A program made the position numbers and the translations under genes. DNA of 64,000 nt from Marsupella aquatica (lineage: Eukaryota > Plantae > Marchantiophyta), in contig OZ316894.1 in NCBI GenBank assembly GCA_973895155.1, positions 1,690,457 to 1,754,456 of the forward strand. Reading direction: 5' to 3'. Below, in pieces: positions 37,538-51,163 of this stretch. The notes under the pieces are model-generated. The model did not search any database. It saw only the letters and a program-made list of their open reading frames with translations, and had not been told where the DNA came from. Within the stretch, counting starts at the first letter, position 1. Each line of letters opens with the position of its first letter.

Positions 37538-39805
37538 AGCAGTGGAACAGATACAGAGAACTGTGGAGTGTTGCGCGTTGAATCAAAGTAGTGAAAAGCT
37601 GCGCTGAACCACGCCGTGGATTACCCTCTAAGCGAATGATGAAGCTTGAAGATGAGTTTTAAGTCACTCCTTGCTCATCAATGTTCGTTCTCTCTCGATG
37701 ATCATCTATCTTATGATATTTTACTCACTGCTATTTCCTACTGTGAAATTGATCTGCTCTATAATCTCGTACTTTTCCACTTGAAGAAGGCTTGAACGCT
37801 GTGAAATTGAATTTTAATGTAGTTGACCCGTGTGTATCTTTTGCAAGGTCATAGATCCTGGGCGTCTGAGTGAAGCACTGTCGGGACCTTTGAAACCCTC
37901 TCTGAATGGGGCCACTTCGGCAGGGGCTGCAGATGGGAATGTTAGGACCCCCCCTGAGAGTCCTGGCGCGGATGGAGGGAAAGATGGGTAACTGGATTCA
38001 ATACTTGCCGCTGTAAGTTTGTTACTCCTCCAAATTATGCTGTTCTGCTCGATTAAACTATCCCCGGATTAACAAACTCTGCAACCTCTTTGTCTGTGAT
38101 AAATGCGTTGTGTCTCTTCGTAAACCATTTAATTGTGACCAGCAAATCATCACTTGCTACCTCTGTGGCTTTGAGAGTAATCCGCAAAGATCGGGTGTGC
38201 AATGCAATTTGACCGCTGCTCACGTGAGTCCTAACATTGGTGCCGTGCAGGTGAAGCTTCTTTTTGCTGGAGAGAGCAAGTTATGTGACCAGATATTCTA
38301 TCATCTAGACCGACATCGAGAAATGGCCTTTGCAAAAGTCACGGAATCAAATACTACCATGCTTACCAGCTTTGCGGATGCCATTGCTAGAAGCAAAAAG
38401 TCACGAGAAAAGCTGTTTGTTCTGCTGGACATGTATGAGACCATGCGTGACCTTTCGCCAGACGTTTGTAGAAACCTTATCCTTCTGACATACTGTAAAT
38501 GTTTTTTATGTGCTGAAAACTTTGGTTGTTCATTTTTGGGTGTAGTTGGTACTAGGGTAGCTTGCTGGGAACCAGACCTGCTACCGCAGTTCTTATATCA
38601 CAGTTCCTGGAAATTGGTTAATTGTGAAATGCTTTCCAACCAACCAAAATCAAACCCGTTCTTTCTGAAGCTGATGGGATCTTGCATTCCAATTGACAGA
38701 TTGAATTAATCTGATCAGGAGAATAATGCGGCAGGCACACGTGAAGTGGCCAGTAATTTGTTGACGACTGCGAGTGATACACGCAATTGAATTGATGCAA
38801 CAAAGGCTCCTGTTAATGATGGAACTGTCAAACCGCTTACAAGCTTTGTCATCAATTACCTCAAGTTTCTGCTTACGTAAGTCCTTCCGTTCCTCAGTGA
38901 AAAGTTTTTGTTGCCCACATGATGGGCGTGAGAGTCTGATGAAGTAGATATTATGGTTATTGATTGGTACCCCTACACCACTACTCCGCTTTATCAGAAT
39001 GTCAAACCAGTGACTCGTTGCCATTTCGAATTTTTGTCAATGTAACTTTCTAAACTTTTTGTTGGTCCTCTCGTTCTCTTTTGAAGTAATCTTTTGAAGT
39101 AATCTTTGCTACATGAGTTTGCCGAAGGGCGTTCATCCAAGCGAGGTTTTGACACCAAGATACCACGATGCACAGGATTGCGGAGTCTTGTGGTTTGCTC
39201 GGCCACTACAGTACTGAAGCAACTGTTTGGGGAAATGGACAGTGGAGAAAACTCAAATTCCAAGCTGGCAACTTCTGTGAATCTGATCATCCAAAGTGCT
39301 CCAAAGCAACTCAGATTAGAAATCAAAGCTCTGGATCCGGCTCTCACTCAGCTCTTTCTTCTCAACAATATTCACTACATGATGAGATCTGTCCGAAGGT
39401 GGGTTGGCAAACGAATGCCTCACTAGCAAAGCCTGGATTGTGAACTAGTTTGCCATTTCTTTTTAGTTCAGCGTTTTCTACTTGTGACGGAAAGGCAGCA
39501 GGTTTACTTGCGTACATAAGAATTTGATTTCTGCAAGATTATATTTCCAATTTTTATCCTGTGCAATTAACAATTGATCGTGTGTGAGATTGCTGATTGG
39601 TGTCATATTTCTCGGTTGTTCTGGTAAACTATTTTCTTCTGACTTCATAGTTCGCCAGTGAATGCCTCAACCATCAGTCACACATGAAACTACATTTATA
39701 TTTGCAGGTCGGAAGCGAAAGAGTTGTTGGGATGATAGGGTGTAACGACATCTACAACTTGTGCAGCAGCATGCATCTATATGTTAGTGGTCTGCCTGGG
39801 GAAGG
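37538..39805 (+). pseudogene. EXO70A: Exocyst subunit Exo70A partial pseudogene (intron-containing, middle exons)
   Basis: MMKLEDEFKSLL; VKLLFAGESKLCDQIF...DAIARSKKSREKLFVLLDMYETMR; DATKAPVNDGTVKPLTSFVINYLKFL; DPALTQLFLLNNIHYMMRSVRR|SEAKELLG**. These match Exo70A1 motifs but carry stops and frameshifts. Confidence 0.85.
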
Positions 39806-42800
39806 TTATCGTTGTGGTATCAGTACTGATTGCTTTGCGACGTTGCTGTAGTTAGAGGGACTATTCAAGCGTTAGATGCTTTCTTTAATAAGAGACCAAA
39901 GGAACTCTTTAAGTATCATCCAGTCGTAGATGTCCTTCTACAGTAGTGCTCCGAGACAGCGCGACATAATTAAATATTTTGAATGGGGACATTGCCTCAC
40001 TGAGTTAGTGTACGAGCACAAAAAGCATTTGGTCCGCAGGGAAAATTGTTGTTTCCGAATTCCCTTTCCTAAGTCAGATCGACCAGATGCATTGGCCATA
40101 CAAAACAATGGAATATTCCTTTTCAATCTTTGAGTCTATGCGGTCCTATTTTCAAAATCAGCTTCCAGAGCAGAGGTATAGTTTTCTGTTTGGAAATTGA
40201 TGCGATCGATTGGCTGCTGTCCGAGGGAGGCTGCGTACAAATTTCTCGGTACCCATTGATCTCATCCCGTTGCCTAGGATTTGTAGTCAACTACAACCTC
40301 TGCTTCTCGACCGTTTACTGTTTGGGCTTGAATGACATCCATTGGCACAAATGTTTTAATCTTTTTCTTAGCAAGTACTCTCGAGTTCCCTGTGTTACCT
40401 CAAGTTTCAATTACCGCCAGGCCCGGTTAACTTTGCCATTGCCATCTTTTCTCAGACGTGTGTTCATCAGTCTGCTATTCTGAAGGCGCAGGACTGCATT
40501 TGTAGGAACGAAATTATCCTAAGCTGCACGAAACCGCTCAAGAGAAAAAGGCCACGGTCTGTCACTGTACCAAACATCTCTAGTGTGGAAGCCATGGCGA
40601 GCACAGGATTCTAAGTCAATTACCATCCCAGAATGGTCCTAGCTTGAGAGCTCACTTAAATGCCAGGACGCTTCGAATACGTTTACTTAGTTTGTTCCAA
40701 ACTCAAGCTAATCCCAGAATGTCACTTACCTGGGACTATAGTCCTCAGAACTTTCCCGTGTACAACCTGATAGGATTATGGATCCCCAACGTTCATCGAG
40801 TTTGTCCACTTGCGAATTGCTGTGGTCAGCTCTCCTTTCCTTGGACTTTTCTCCCTTTTTTCCGGCAGTTCCCTTATCCGTTAGACAGAAAGTTTTTGAA
40901 ATAAAAAAGAGACAAAAAAGTCTTTTCACATGTCGACATCCCTGCAGAACGACTGTATGCGTTGCTCAATGTCCCAGGAGATTGTGAAGAATTTAACCCA
41001 GAGTCGGATCTCGTGGAAGAACATGGCCGTGCCTGTTGGTCAATCGATTGACTGAACGAACCATCTGTCGTATTGTCGAGTAGGAGAATCTTTAGTCTAT
41101 TATTTATTAATACTTTGTGGGTCCGCCTGCCGGCGAGCAAAGGCTGCAGAGTGATGCTGAAAGGTGAGGGAGGCTGGCGTGGTGTTGACGAAGTGCACTT
41201 CCTGTTGCTCCTACAGGCTCTAGTACGAGAGATTCTTAGTTGACAGGAAATCCATCGATCGAACAGAGAGTTCTCGGGGCTTTGCACTGCATCTTCCGTA
41301 GTTCCATGAGGAAACTTATCCCCGAATTTATCCTTAATGTTTGCAGCACATTCGATGTCCAAACGTTGTAGCGAGATCCTTCTCCAAAGGGATGGCTATT
41401 GTACGAAGTCGGTGTGGCCTCCAAGACATAGCTTCAGAGCACTCTGAAATGGTTTGCAGGTCTGCACCCTTTTCGTTTCGACACTCCAATTTCATAGAGT
41501 AGAAACTTCTCTGGGTATGGCAATGCTTCGATTGGGCCGGGGTGGCTCGATCAGCCCGGGATACAGTAACTACAGTAGCTCGACAGTTAACTGATCTTTC
41601 CTTCCTTCCCCACAACCGATATCCTAGAACTAGTAGATATACAGTGAAGCTGAAAACTTTCCTCTTGCACGAAGACTAAGTCTAACATTGTAATTGCGGC
41701 GGCCTTGCTACGGGCGCATCTCCTTACCAGTAGTCTTGGGTTGCATCTGTTTGTGCGGGTGTGGGTATTGGGGCCGCAGTTCACTAGACAGGCGCTTGAC
41801 CTTCTCACCGTTCTGATCTACCTTCTCTGCATCCAGATAGATTCGAGCTTTCAAAGTAATAAAATCTACTTAAGTTGAAAACTGTGTCGTGCTTGCAATT
41901 GAGAGAGTGGGTCGATTATAATTGCCGGTGCATATTGTTTACAGCACTCTATGTGTGTGAGGGGAAGGGGGACCGGGCTCTTGGTGAAGGGTGATATACA
42001 CTTTGCAGTCTACAGACACTTTAATGGCGTCGAAGATCACAGTCATCCAGCATGGGTCCAAATTACCTTTTGCAGGCTCCTGCTCACGACAATCTAGGCG
42101 GATCTTGTGGCGTCCAAACTCTTCTCCAGGACTGCACAGCTGAAAGTAACCTGCTCCATTTGCTGTCGCTCCACCGATTGGGCTGGAAAGCACGGCTGAA
42201 CTTGATTAGTGTGCAATTGGGACGGATGATATCGGACATCGGCTATATCGTTCTATACCTAGATCTAGACGGTCAGCATCTGATGTATGCTCGATCCTAC
42301 ACCACTAGTGCCGCTCCAGTTTTCAGTCGTTATGATTCGAGGTCTCGCAAATTCATAGCCGTGCTAGGCATCACCTTGATGATCCTTGTGACCCTTGTCT
42401 ATGCCAACCATACCCAATTACTCCAAGCTCTCTTGGAACCTTTGATCTGATTAAGTGTCACTCCGAATCTGATGAAGCAGATGAGCATTTCACTGGCTCT
42501 TGGAAGTGGTGGGGACAACTCTTGTTGGGTTAGTAATGGTTCAACTCAACAGGGGTTCTCCCTGAATCATGAGGATGCAGCATTGCTCAAATATTAAGGA
42601 CACATAACTCCGGCGACGAACTAAGTACGCGGGTAAGGCCACTCCACGAAGAAATACATTTTTTTCTGCAAGACATTCATGTCCAATGGTAGTAGCGAAT
42701 TCGTTTTCCAAACGACATCGCTATTATGCGGTTTCGGTGGCCTCATAGACATAGCAGCGACGTTAATGTGTGAAGCCCTCCGAGCTTAGATACTGTTATC

Positions 42801-42848
42801 GTAATCGCTGACGGATTTCTAATCCGTGCCTGGTCGGACTGCAGATTC

Positions 42849-45800
42849 ATGGCGGTGGTAAGTGAAGTCGTTGCAGTATGCAGTTCAATACTCGGCATTG
42901 TGTCAAAGATCGACAATGTCAAGGAAGACTGGTTCACTGCATCAGCCGAGTACAAAAGTGAAGCGGAAATCCTCGGCTCAAGGCTTAGCTCCTACAAGGA
43001 GCAAGTCCGCATCCATCAGCAACCAGTGGACAGTACTATGATGAAGACTTTGAAAAGAGCCGAATCAACACTGAAGAGGGCGGAAGCAAGATTGAAGGGC
43101 TTGGAGACAAGCGTCGACAGCAACCAGTGCTGTTCGCAAATCTGGTGGTTGTATGCAAAGGTGACCATGACCCTTTTCCCAGAGAAATTAGAGTGCACAT
43201 TGAAGAAGGTGAACCAGGACCTTGATGGCATCCCCAAAATACTCAAGGACGAACAGGAACACTCTCGTCTACTGCGAGAAGCAGGCAAGAATCGAGCCAT
43301 CTCTACAGTTGTCCACGATAACGATAATAAATATGTGCCAATAGAAAAGTCACAGTCTGCGGTCATTCAAGCCATCGAAGATTCTGATGGCCCTCCCATG
43401 ATACTACTGCATGGTGGAGTAGGTAAAGGCAAATCCACTCTTGCCAGATACATGTGTGAGCGCTACGGGCCATTTGGAGAAAAAAAAGGCGTCTTTGATC
43501 ACGTGATTGTGGTGTCGTGTGCTAATAGTTCCATATCTGATCTTGCCACCAAGCAATATGAAATATTGGAGCAGCTTTCTCCCACGAGTTTAACCGAGGA
43601 AAGCAGTTCAAAATCTGGAACTGGAAAATCTGGGGAGAGTGTGGGCTCAAAATCTAGAATTGCAAGAGCTCTCCAAAATTTCTTCATTGGCAAGAAGATT
43701 CTGATGGTCTTAGACGACGTTTCAGATAAGGGATTTCTGTACAAAATGTGGGAGGCTGCGAGAGATGGTAAAGATGATAAGATCCTCATCACTTCCCAAT
43801 GGTCCAACATATGCGACGACTTTAAACATGACTCTTTGCTTATTACGATGGAAGATCCTACCAAAGAGGAAGCGAGGCAAATCCTTGCTTCTCTTGTGGG
43901 GCTGGAGAGTAATAGAATTCCTGAGAATATACAGGTTAGTTCCTCGAGTAGATTTCACCCTGGTCGTTTATTGTGGAGGTACTTGTTTTGTTAAGTTGTC
44001 TGCTGTACATCTTTCTAATGTCTACTAACTAGATTTAGTCCTTACTGTATGTTTTTATCTTTGTATACAGGGGATAGCAGATGAGATGATCAAAGCGACA
44101 GCGGGAAATCCATTAGCTTTGGCATGTTTGGCAAGTAACTTTGCTTATGTAAAGGATGCTAAAGATAAAACAAAGAAGCGGGATTGGCAAGCTGCTTGGA
44201 GAGAGTTATCTCAGTTGCTAGGCAATAAAGCGATGGCTATCGTGGCAGGGCAGAATAGTGAGACTGCCGCTAGAAGCCTGTGGGGTGCCATGAAGATTTG
44301 TATAGAATCTCTTCAAACAGAGGGTGCAAAACGCACACTCTTCTTGATGTATGCATGTAAAGGAGAATCGGTTCCTGAAGAGGTCCTGCGGATTTTGTGT
44401 GCTGGTATGAAGATGTCAAATTCTATTTTCAAGAGGTCCATAGATGAATTGCGCATGCGAGAGCTACTGAAACCTACAACGGATACATTAGCATGGAAGA
44501 TGAATTTGGGGAACGGACCAAATGACGAAGTGTCTCCTGCATGGTCCATACAGTCTTTAGTGAAGCTCTATATGGAACGGGATGTGGTAGGGAAACAGGA
44601 AATGAGGGCAGTGATTGGGGCATTGGTTGGTGATGACCAGTTTCCACCTGAGTCAAGCACCAAATACAAGGTACACGACTATGAAACCGAAATATTGGAG
44701 ATTGCAACCGGGACTGAAACAGCAACCGTGGAGAGTGATGAGGTGAGAGTGACAATTGCTCTCTGTGCTCTGTACTTTGACCGCCGCCATACCGATCAAG
44801 GCGTGACTCAAGCCGTGGCTAAGGCTTCCAAAACATCCAATATTGAAGACTCTGAAGACAACATTAATGATCTGAGGAGGAAGGCGGTTGAGCCGTTGAT
44901 ATGGCTGCTCGACAAGCCTGAAGAGGACGACGAATGGACAGAAATGGATAAATGCTGTGTGAGGAAGGTACTGTCCTGTCCCCCTTGAGTATGTTCTTTC
45001 CTTTGTAACTTACGTCAGTCCGAATTGAAGTTAGAGAATCATTCGAGTGACTTTTATACTTGGGTACTCACAGATCATGTTTGCGCATGACCGATTGAGT
45101 CAACTTTTAATAGCCATACTTCAGCTATTCTTCACAACTTCGCACTTCTTTTGAAAACCAAAAGGACGGTCCTCTGTAAAATATACAATGTCAACTTTTA
45201 CAGTGAAAGTAGTGTTTGATAGCACGTGGTTGAGTGGTAAATGCAAGTAACATTTATCTTGGAACTCTATTGGACAGAATAACAATTTCTATATGTGATA
45301 GTTTTGAAAGAGTGCGAGTCTTGGAAGATTGATTTCTTGTGGTAGTTGAAGAGCCATGTGTCTTAGTGAGGTTTTCCTGCCTAGTTTCTCTTCGACAGGA
45401 GTTCTTATCTACATTCAACTAATCGAGGTTGTCTGCAATTATATATTGTCACTGAATTGTTTTAGAATTGTAAATCACTTTCTTTGCAGGTTGTTCTTGA
45501 CTACATATGCAAGCGCCAGCTAGATAACGAGAACATCACTTACCTCTTGAAGTTGGCCCCTTGTCCTTCTGCACAGTTGGCCACTCTTGAGGCTATCATT
45601 CACATAACACGGATAGAAGAAACGCCCCTGCTCAACGTAAACACAATCAGCTTTTTGCAAGCTGTAGTTGACCTTATGAACTTGAAGGAAGGTTTCCGCA
45701 CCAGTGTCCAAGAGGCAGCCTCTTTAGCCCTGTCTCGTCTTTGTGTGAAGGCCGCGCGTGACAAATCAGCAACCCTTGTTGCTAACTTGTCGCCTGTTCT

Positions 45801-47272
45801 GGACGTGGTGGTACGCTCCCTTGCCATTCCCGTTTGGAAGTCAGAGGCATTTGCCGAAAACGCAGCATATGCTTTGATGGGCTTAACATTCTCGCAGGAA
45901 AAGGACATTGAACAAGTAATTGTGAACAAACAGGACCTACTAGCTAGTCTTGTGAATTGCTTGTATCAGCAATCCAAGCCCAGTTTGCAAGCAGCCGCAG
46001 CAGGGGCTTTGCGAAATCTAACTTTTAGTCTAGATGAAGCTGTCAAGCTGAGAATCGCCAATGAAGAAGGGGCTCTTGTTGGCCTCGTGAATTGCTTGTC
46101 ACAATGTGAGAACCCTGTTGTGCAAAGAGAGGCAACAGCAGCGATAACAAACCTAGCCCGTACTCCAGATGGAAGGGCGATCCTTAAAGGAGCGGCAGGT
46201 CTGTTGCAGGGCCTTACAAGCTTGGTGGGAGATGACGTGCGTCGGGATGTTCGAAGTTCAGCAGTACAAGCGCTGTTTCGAATAGACCTGACACTAGCTA
46301 AGGAAGTGGGGTTGCTCTCGGCACATCTAGATGGCGAAGCTATAAGGTATGGTCGTGATTTTTTTTAATTGATTTCGAGCACAACCTAGATTGTATAAAG
46401 ATCGATGGAAGGGAACAAGATCATGCAACAAAGTGGCCAGTGTAAAAAAAAGAATTCCGTAATGAGTAACGAAGCTAAGGGCAATATCCGTACAGAGGCT
46501 AGTTTATCCTGCAGCAAGATACTACACTATACTAACCATTCCGCCGAGTTAGCTGGCTTGAGAATCTCAGTTGGATAGAGAATTAGCCTGTATTTGATTC
46601 GAGGGTTCAACTAGCGAAAGTGTTCAGAATTTCCAGAATTTGGCAGACTTCTTCTCTCATTTGTCTCTTGATCTGCCTCGGTTAAGCAGGCAATCGATTT
46701 GTGGCAAGCCTTTTGACAATAAGGTTGGAAGGTTTCTTAGCATTGTAGAACCAGCTCATGATTTATTGTACCATACATTTTAAGACGTCCAAGCCTAGTG
46801 GCATTGGATTGAGTAACATAGCTATACTTGAAATATGGTTGTAACCGAAGTTAAGAAGAAAAGGGTGAACATGATGTGTTTGCAGCGTATAACGAAGTTT
46901 CATGTTTGTGATGGCAGTGATAGAATATTTATAAAAGCAAAAGCTGGAGACTTTGAAGGGGCACTGGCCGATGCCAACCAGGTAATCACGATGCCGGGTG
47001 TCGACAGGCGGTTTGTCTTGCAGGAGAGGGGTGTCTTGAAACGAATGATGGAAGACCTAGAGGGAGCCCTGGCAGATTTGGACGAAGGATTAAAACTAAC
47101 ATCAAATGACTACGAGATGCTGAAGCATCGTGGTTATGTCAAATCCTTGTTAAATGACGTGGAAGGCGCTCGAGCAGATGCAGAGTGGGCTCTATCGATC
47201 CAATCCTCAAGGGATGACAGCGACGACTACTTGGGAGGAACGCCTGTAGAATACTTGGGCTACAAGCTGTAG
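42849..47272 (+). CDS. NLR-like CC-NB-ARC-ARM-TPR copy 2 with a single core ARM unit; 1064 aa
   Basis: Exons 42849-43934, 44071-44967, 45490-46346, 46918-47272 (3195 nt, open). Same intron positions and phases as copy 1. One 135-bp core unit at 45949-46083. Confidence 0.9.
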
Positions 47273-48164
47273 CAGTGGAGATTATTACTCGGTGTTCCAC
47301 AGTTACCGGAACCGTGTTGGATTTGTAGATAATTGAATCGCGCCATTCGTAGATTGTTTGTGTGAAGCAGAGCGTAGCTTGAATCACGATGATGATATGC
47401 GATTCACTCTCTGCGACTGGAAAGCTTGGAAAAAAAACTTCGTAGCACCATATGTGCAGGCTGGCCCTGCACAGAGGGTGTCAAAGATGATTGTATTCCT
47501 GTGTGATATTCAATTGTATGTAATTCAATAAACGGATCTGATCATACTAAGAGCTTATTCAGGCATGGGTTTCAATATCAAGGACCAAGAGCCCGCGGCG
47601 GAAAGTCGTCATTCAGCATGCTCACTTGGGGAGACTCAGACATCAATCTGTCTAAATTTTCGTCGTACCTTGTTACTTCTGTAGTATTATGCCGTTAAGA
47701 AAGACATGAGAATCCCCCTGCTGTTAGGAGGGATTTTGGCTGCTCTTCCAAAACGCCTTTCATAGAGAAACAGAGAGATCCACGAAGGGCAAAAGCGTAG
47801 CTTTCGCCTTTCAAAGAGAAACAGAAAGATCCAAGAATGGCAAGGACAATAACATAATCATGATGTTGCTTTGCAACTGACATGTTCTATGTCGACAGTT
47901 TTTGTGGCTAAACGTAGGAAGAGGTGTACAAATTCGAAGCTAGAATCGGTTTCTGCAGGAGTGGGGATGAGATTACAAATTCAAGACAAGCTCGCGATTC
48001 GTTCACTACAGAAGCCGTGTGAATTACTAAGGGGTGCCAAAGCTATTGACAGTAGAACAGAAATAGCTCCACAAAGCCCGTTAAACATCATGTTGACAAT
48101 GTCTCCAGAAAAGGAAGGGGAAATACAGTTTTGAATTGAGAGGGTTTTGTCAGGCTAAAACAAG

Positions 48165-50258
48165 GACCTATGACAAGGTCCAAAGAAAGACTCCGTGCAT
48201 GGGGCTCAATTCCATTGCAAGAATCTAGATCCCGGTCCTCCCTTACGTATAGCCGTAATTTATTAGTTTCTTACGTACTCTTTGGTTTTCAGAGATAACC
48301 AGGCAACTCCTTCCCGTAAATAAAACAAGTCCGGAGAACAAGGAAGGCCGATAGAAAGAGAATTTTGTAAGGAATTGTCACCTATGTCCCCACTGTAACC
48401 TCCTACTGTACTCAGGTCTATAAACAACTCCAATGGTGATTTGAAGATATCTTTTCTGTTAGTAAGAAAGTCAGGTTTGATGTGGCTCAATTATGCCAGT
48501 GGGAGGCTGATCAGAAATCCTACTCATTCGATCGCTCATCCAGTTACATTCGTTGCATAGGAGAAAAGGATCAACCTTCAAGCTACAAGAATTCATCTAT
48601 TGGGTGTCAAATACCTGATTCCCGTTTTATGGGAGCTTCGGTTGAGCTCTTCAGAATCGTGTTCAATATATGGAATTGGAGGACTGTGTAGCAATTATAG
48701 ACTAAAAAGAAGAAAGTACATTTTTTTAGCTTTGCGTCTGCTCTCGGGTGAGCACTTCAATCGGATACAATGGAATTGGAGGGATGAGACTGTAAACCAA
48801 AAGACTTAAATGAAGAAACTAAGTACAAACTGTAGATTTGTGTTTGCTCTCGAAATAGTACCCACTTCATCGCTAGTATATTCTAATCAGTGCATAATTA
48901 CAGATTCGCAGCCTTGAAGCTCAGCAAGTGACGCATATATATGATAGACAGTAATACAGAACTAATGTATCTATGATCCTGACGAATCACCCTTGTCGCT
49001 GTTTACAAATTGACTGGGACGGGGATTTGCAGGGCAGCCGGCCTGAGTATTACAGCTTGCGGAGCTTCTGTTTTCACCGTTGTCGTTTGCAAGCATTGTT
49101 TTATGCTACTGGTTGGACAATGTAATGGACTTTCCCTTATGGTAGTTTTTCTAAAGTGAAAAGTATCCGCCCATTTCACACTATTGAACGACTGTGATCC
49201 CATCCCGATCCCATCCCAAACTCGGAAAAGGAGATGGACCGGCCACCGAAGTCTTGTAAACAGGCCCTGACACTCATCTTGGAAGTATTTCCCAGAAGGG
49301 ATAAGATGAGCAACGTCCTCAGCGATGATCACAGAGGCTGAGCTGAATGGTCCCAACTAATAGTGGAGTGCTTATGTCGAAAAGACTCGAACACTATGCA
49401 AATGTGTCGATACGTCGATATTCCCGACGACATTTAACACAGGCGTCAGATCCGTTTCCTAGCTTCCATGTATACCAGTTTTGTTCGTTCTCCTAGATAT
49501 TTCGAGGGGCATTTTCCCATGACAGCTGCGAGACTTGGCATGTTGCTGGGAATTTGATTTTTTTGTAACATAGCTTGGGGTGCGAGTTGCTGACACTGTG
49601 TAGTCTCTGTATAGACGATTGTACGTGATAACAATCTGCCTTTAAAACGACCTAGGAGACAAACGTCGAGGAAAGTAGGCCCTCGTTCAACTTCATTCGG
49701 GGAGTCGATCTCATTCGGAATGATGCTATATGGACATCAGACACTATTTGCATCGAAACTGTAGATTGAGGGTGCCCATTGCCCAGTTGCCACCCCGGAA
49801 AACGACGACGTCTCTTGGGCAGGCTACTTTTCTCTTGGACTTTTCTCCCGTTTTCCTTTGCTGTGAATGCTTGACAGATCCGCAGTTACCGTGCACATGG
49901 ACCTTGACAAGGTCCAACAGAGACTCCGTGCATGGGGCTCAATCCAATTGCAAGAATCTAGATCCCGGTCCTCCCATATATAGCCGTAATTTCTTGGTTT
50001 CTTTGGTTTTCAGACATGACCGGGCAACTCCTTCCAGTAAACAAAACAAATCTGGACAACAAGGAAGGCCGATAGACAGCGAAATTTTGTAAGGAATTGT
50101 CCTCTATGTCCCCAGCGTAAACCCTCTACTGTACTCAGGTCTATAAACTACTCCAGCTCCGAAGGAAGGCCGATAGACAGCGAAATTTGTAAGGAATTGT
50201 CCTCTATGTCCCCAGCGTAAACCCTCTACTGTACTCAGGTCTATAAACTACTCCAGCT
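48165..50258 (+). repeat. Dispersed ~270-bp direct repeat (48165-48432 vs ~49900-50158) with a local ~100-bp tandem duplication (50061-50258)
   Basis: GACAAGGTCCAA..AGACTCCGTGCATGGGGCTCAAT...CTACTGTACTCAGGTCTATAAAC occurs twice. AAGGAAGGCCGATAGACAGCG...ACTCCAGCT is duplicated in tandem. Confidence 0.8.
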
Positions 50259-51163
50259 TCGAACTTCTCTGTTTTACAGTTCTTCGTATTTTCCCGCAGT
50301 CCTTTTTTAGTAAATTCTATGTTGATGCAGTTTGTGCAATCGCCACAGTTGCACGAAGATGTGAGATCAAAGTCTTCCTTTCCACAAGCTCTTCAGTAGT
50401 GATTTCCCTGCGCGCAATTCGAAGCTAGCAATTAATCACGTAGGAAGCATAGCTCAGTCGACTTCGTGCATACCGAGTTGCCGAGTTCAGTGAGAACTTC
50501 GCCTTGACTTTGGACCGGGGTATTGCCAGATTGCATTATGCAGATACAAATGTGGGAGATCAAGCGTGTGTTGATGTATAACACCAGCCCGAATAAACTG
50601 AGGTCAAGTTGAGTTCGGGAGTGACAGCCCTCCCTCGCCGCACGCAGGTATTCTGGCCGTGCATAATTAGTCAACTTGTTTCTGCTGTAGAGCAGGCCTC
50701 AATTTCATCGAACATTGAGGTCGCCGTTTCTGCAATCTGAAATTCTACAGCTCGAACCTTCAATTCAGGTCGCCGGAGATGGTCATTACCGACGTTGGCC
50801 GCAAGGTATGTGTTGTTCATACATGTTGAGTGAGCTTGCACTAGGACCATATCTGTACTTCAATCGTCGAGCTTGTCTTTGCATTGCCCTAGCCCTCTCC
50901 TTCATTCAGCACGTACTCGACAGAACTTGTAATGGTTGCAGCTCTGCAGATCTATTTTGTTTCGACAAATAGAGTAGAAACTTTTCTGGGTATTGCAATG
51001 CCTCGATTAGCCCGTGATGCCTCGATCAGATCGGGATGCAGTATGTACAGGAGCTCGACAGTGAAGTGATGTTTCTTTCCTTCCGGAGCGTTGATCTCTT
51101 AGAACTTAGTAGATCTACTTTTACGAGAAGTCTTGGGTTGCATTTGTGTGTGTGGGTACGTGT

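Noticed and set aside
48165-50158. Direct repeats 1.5 kb apart as a possible TRIM/LTR pair
   Set aside because: No TG...CA termini, PBS, PPT or TSD found. More likely a duplication-junction remnant.
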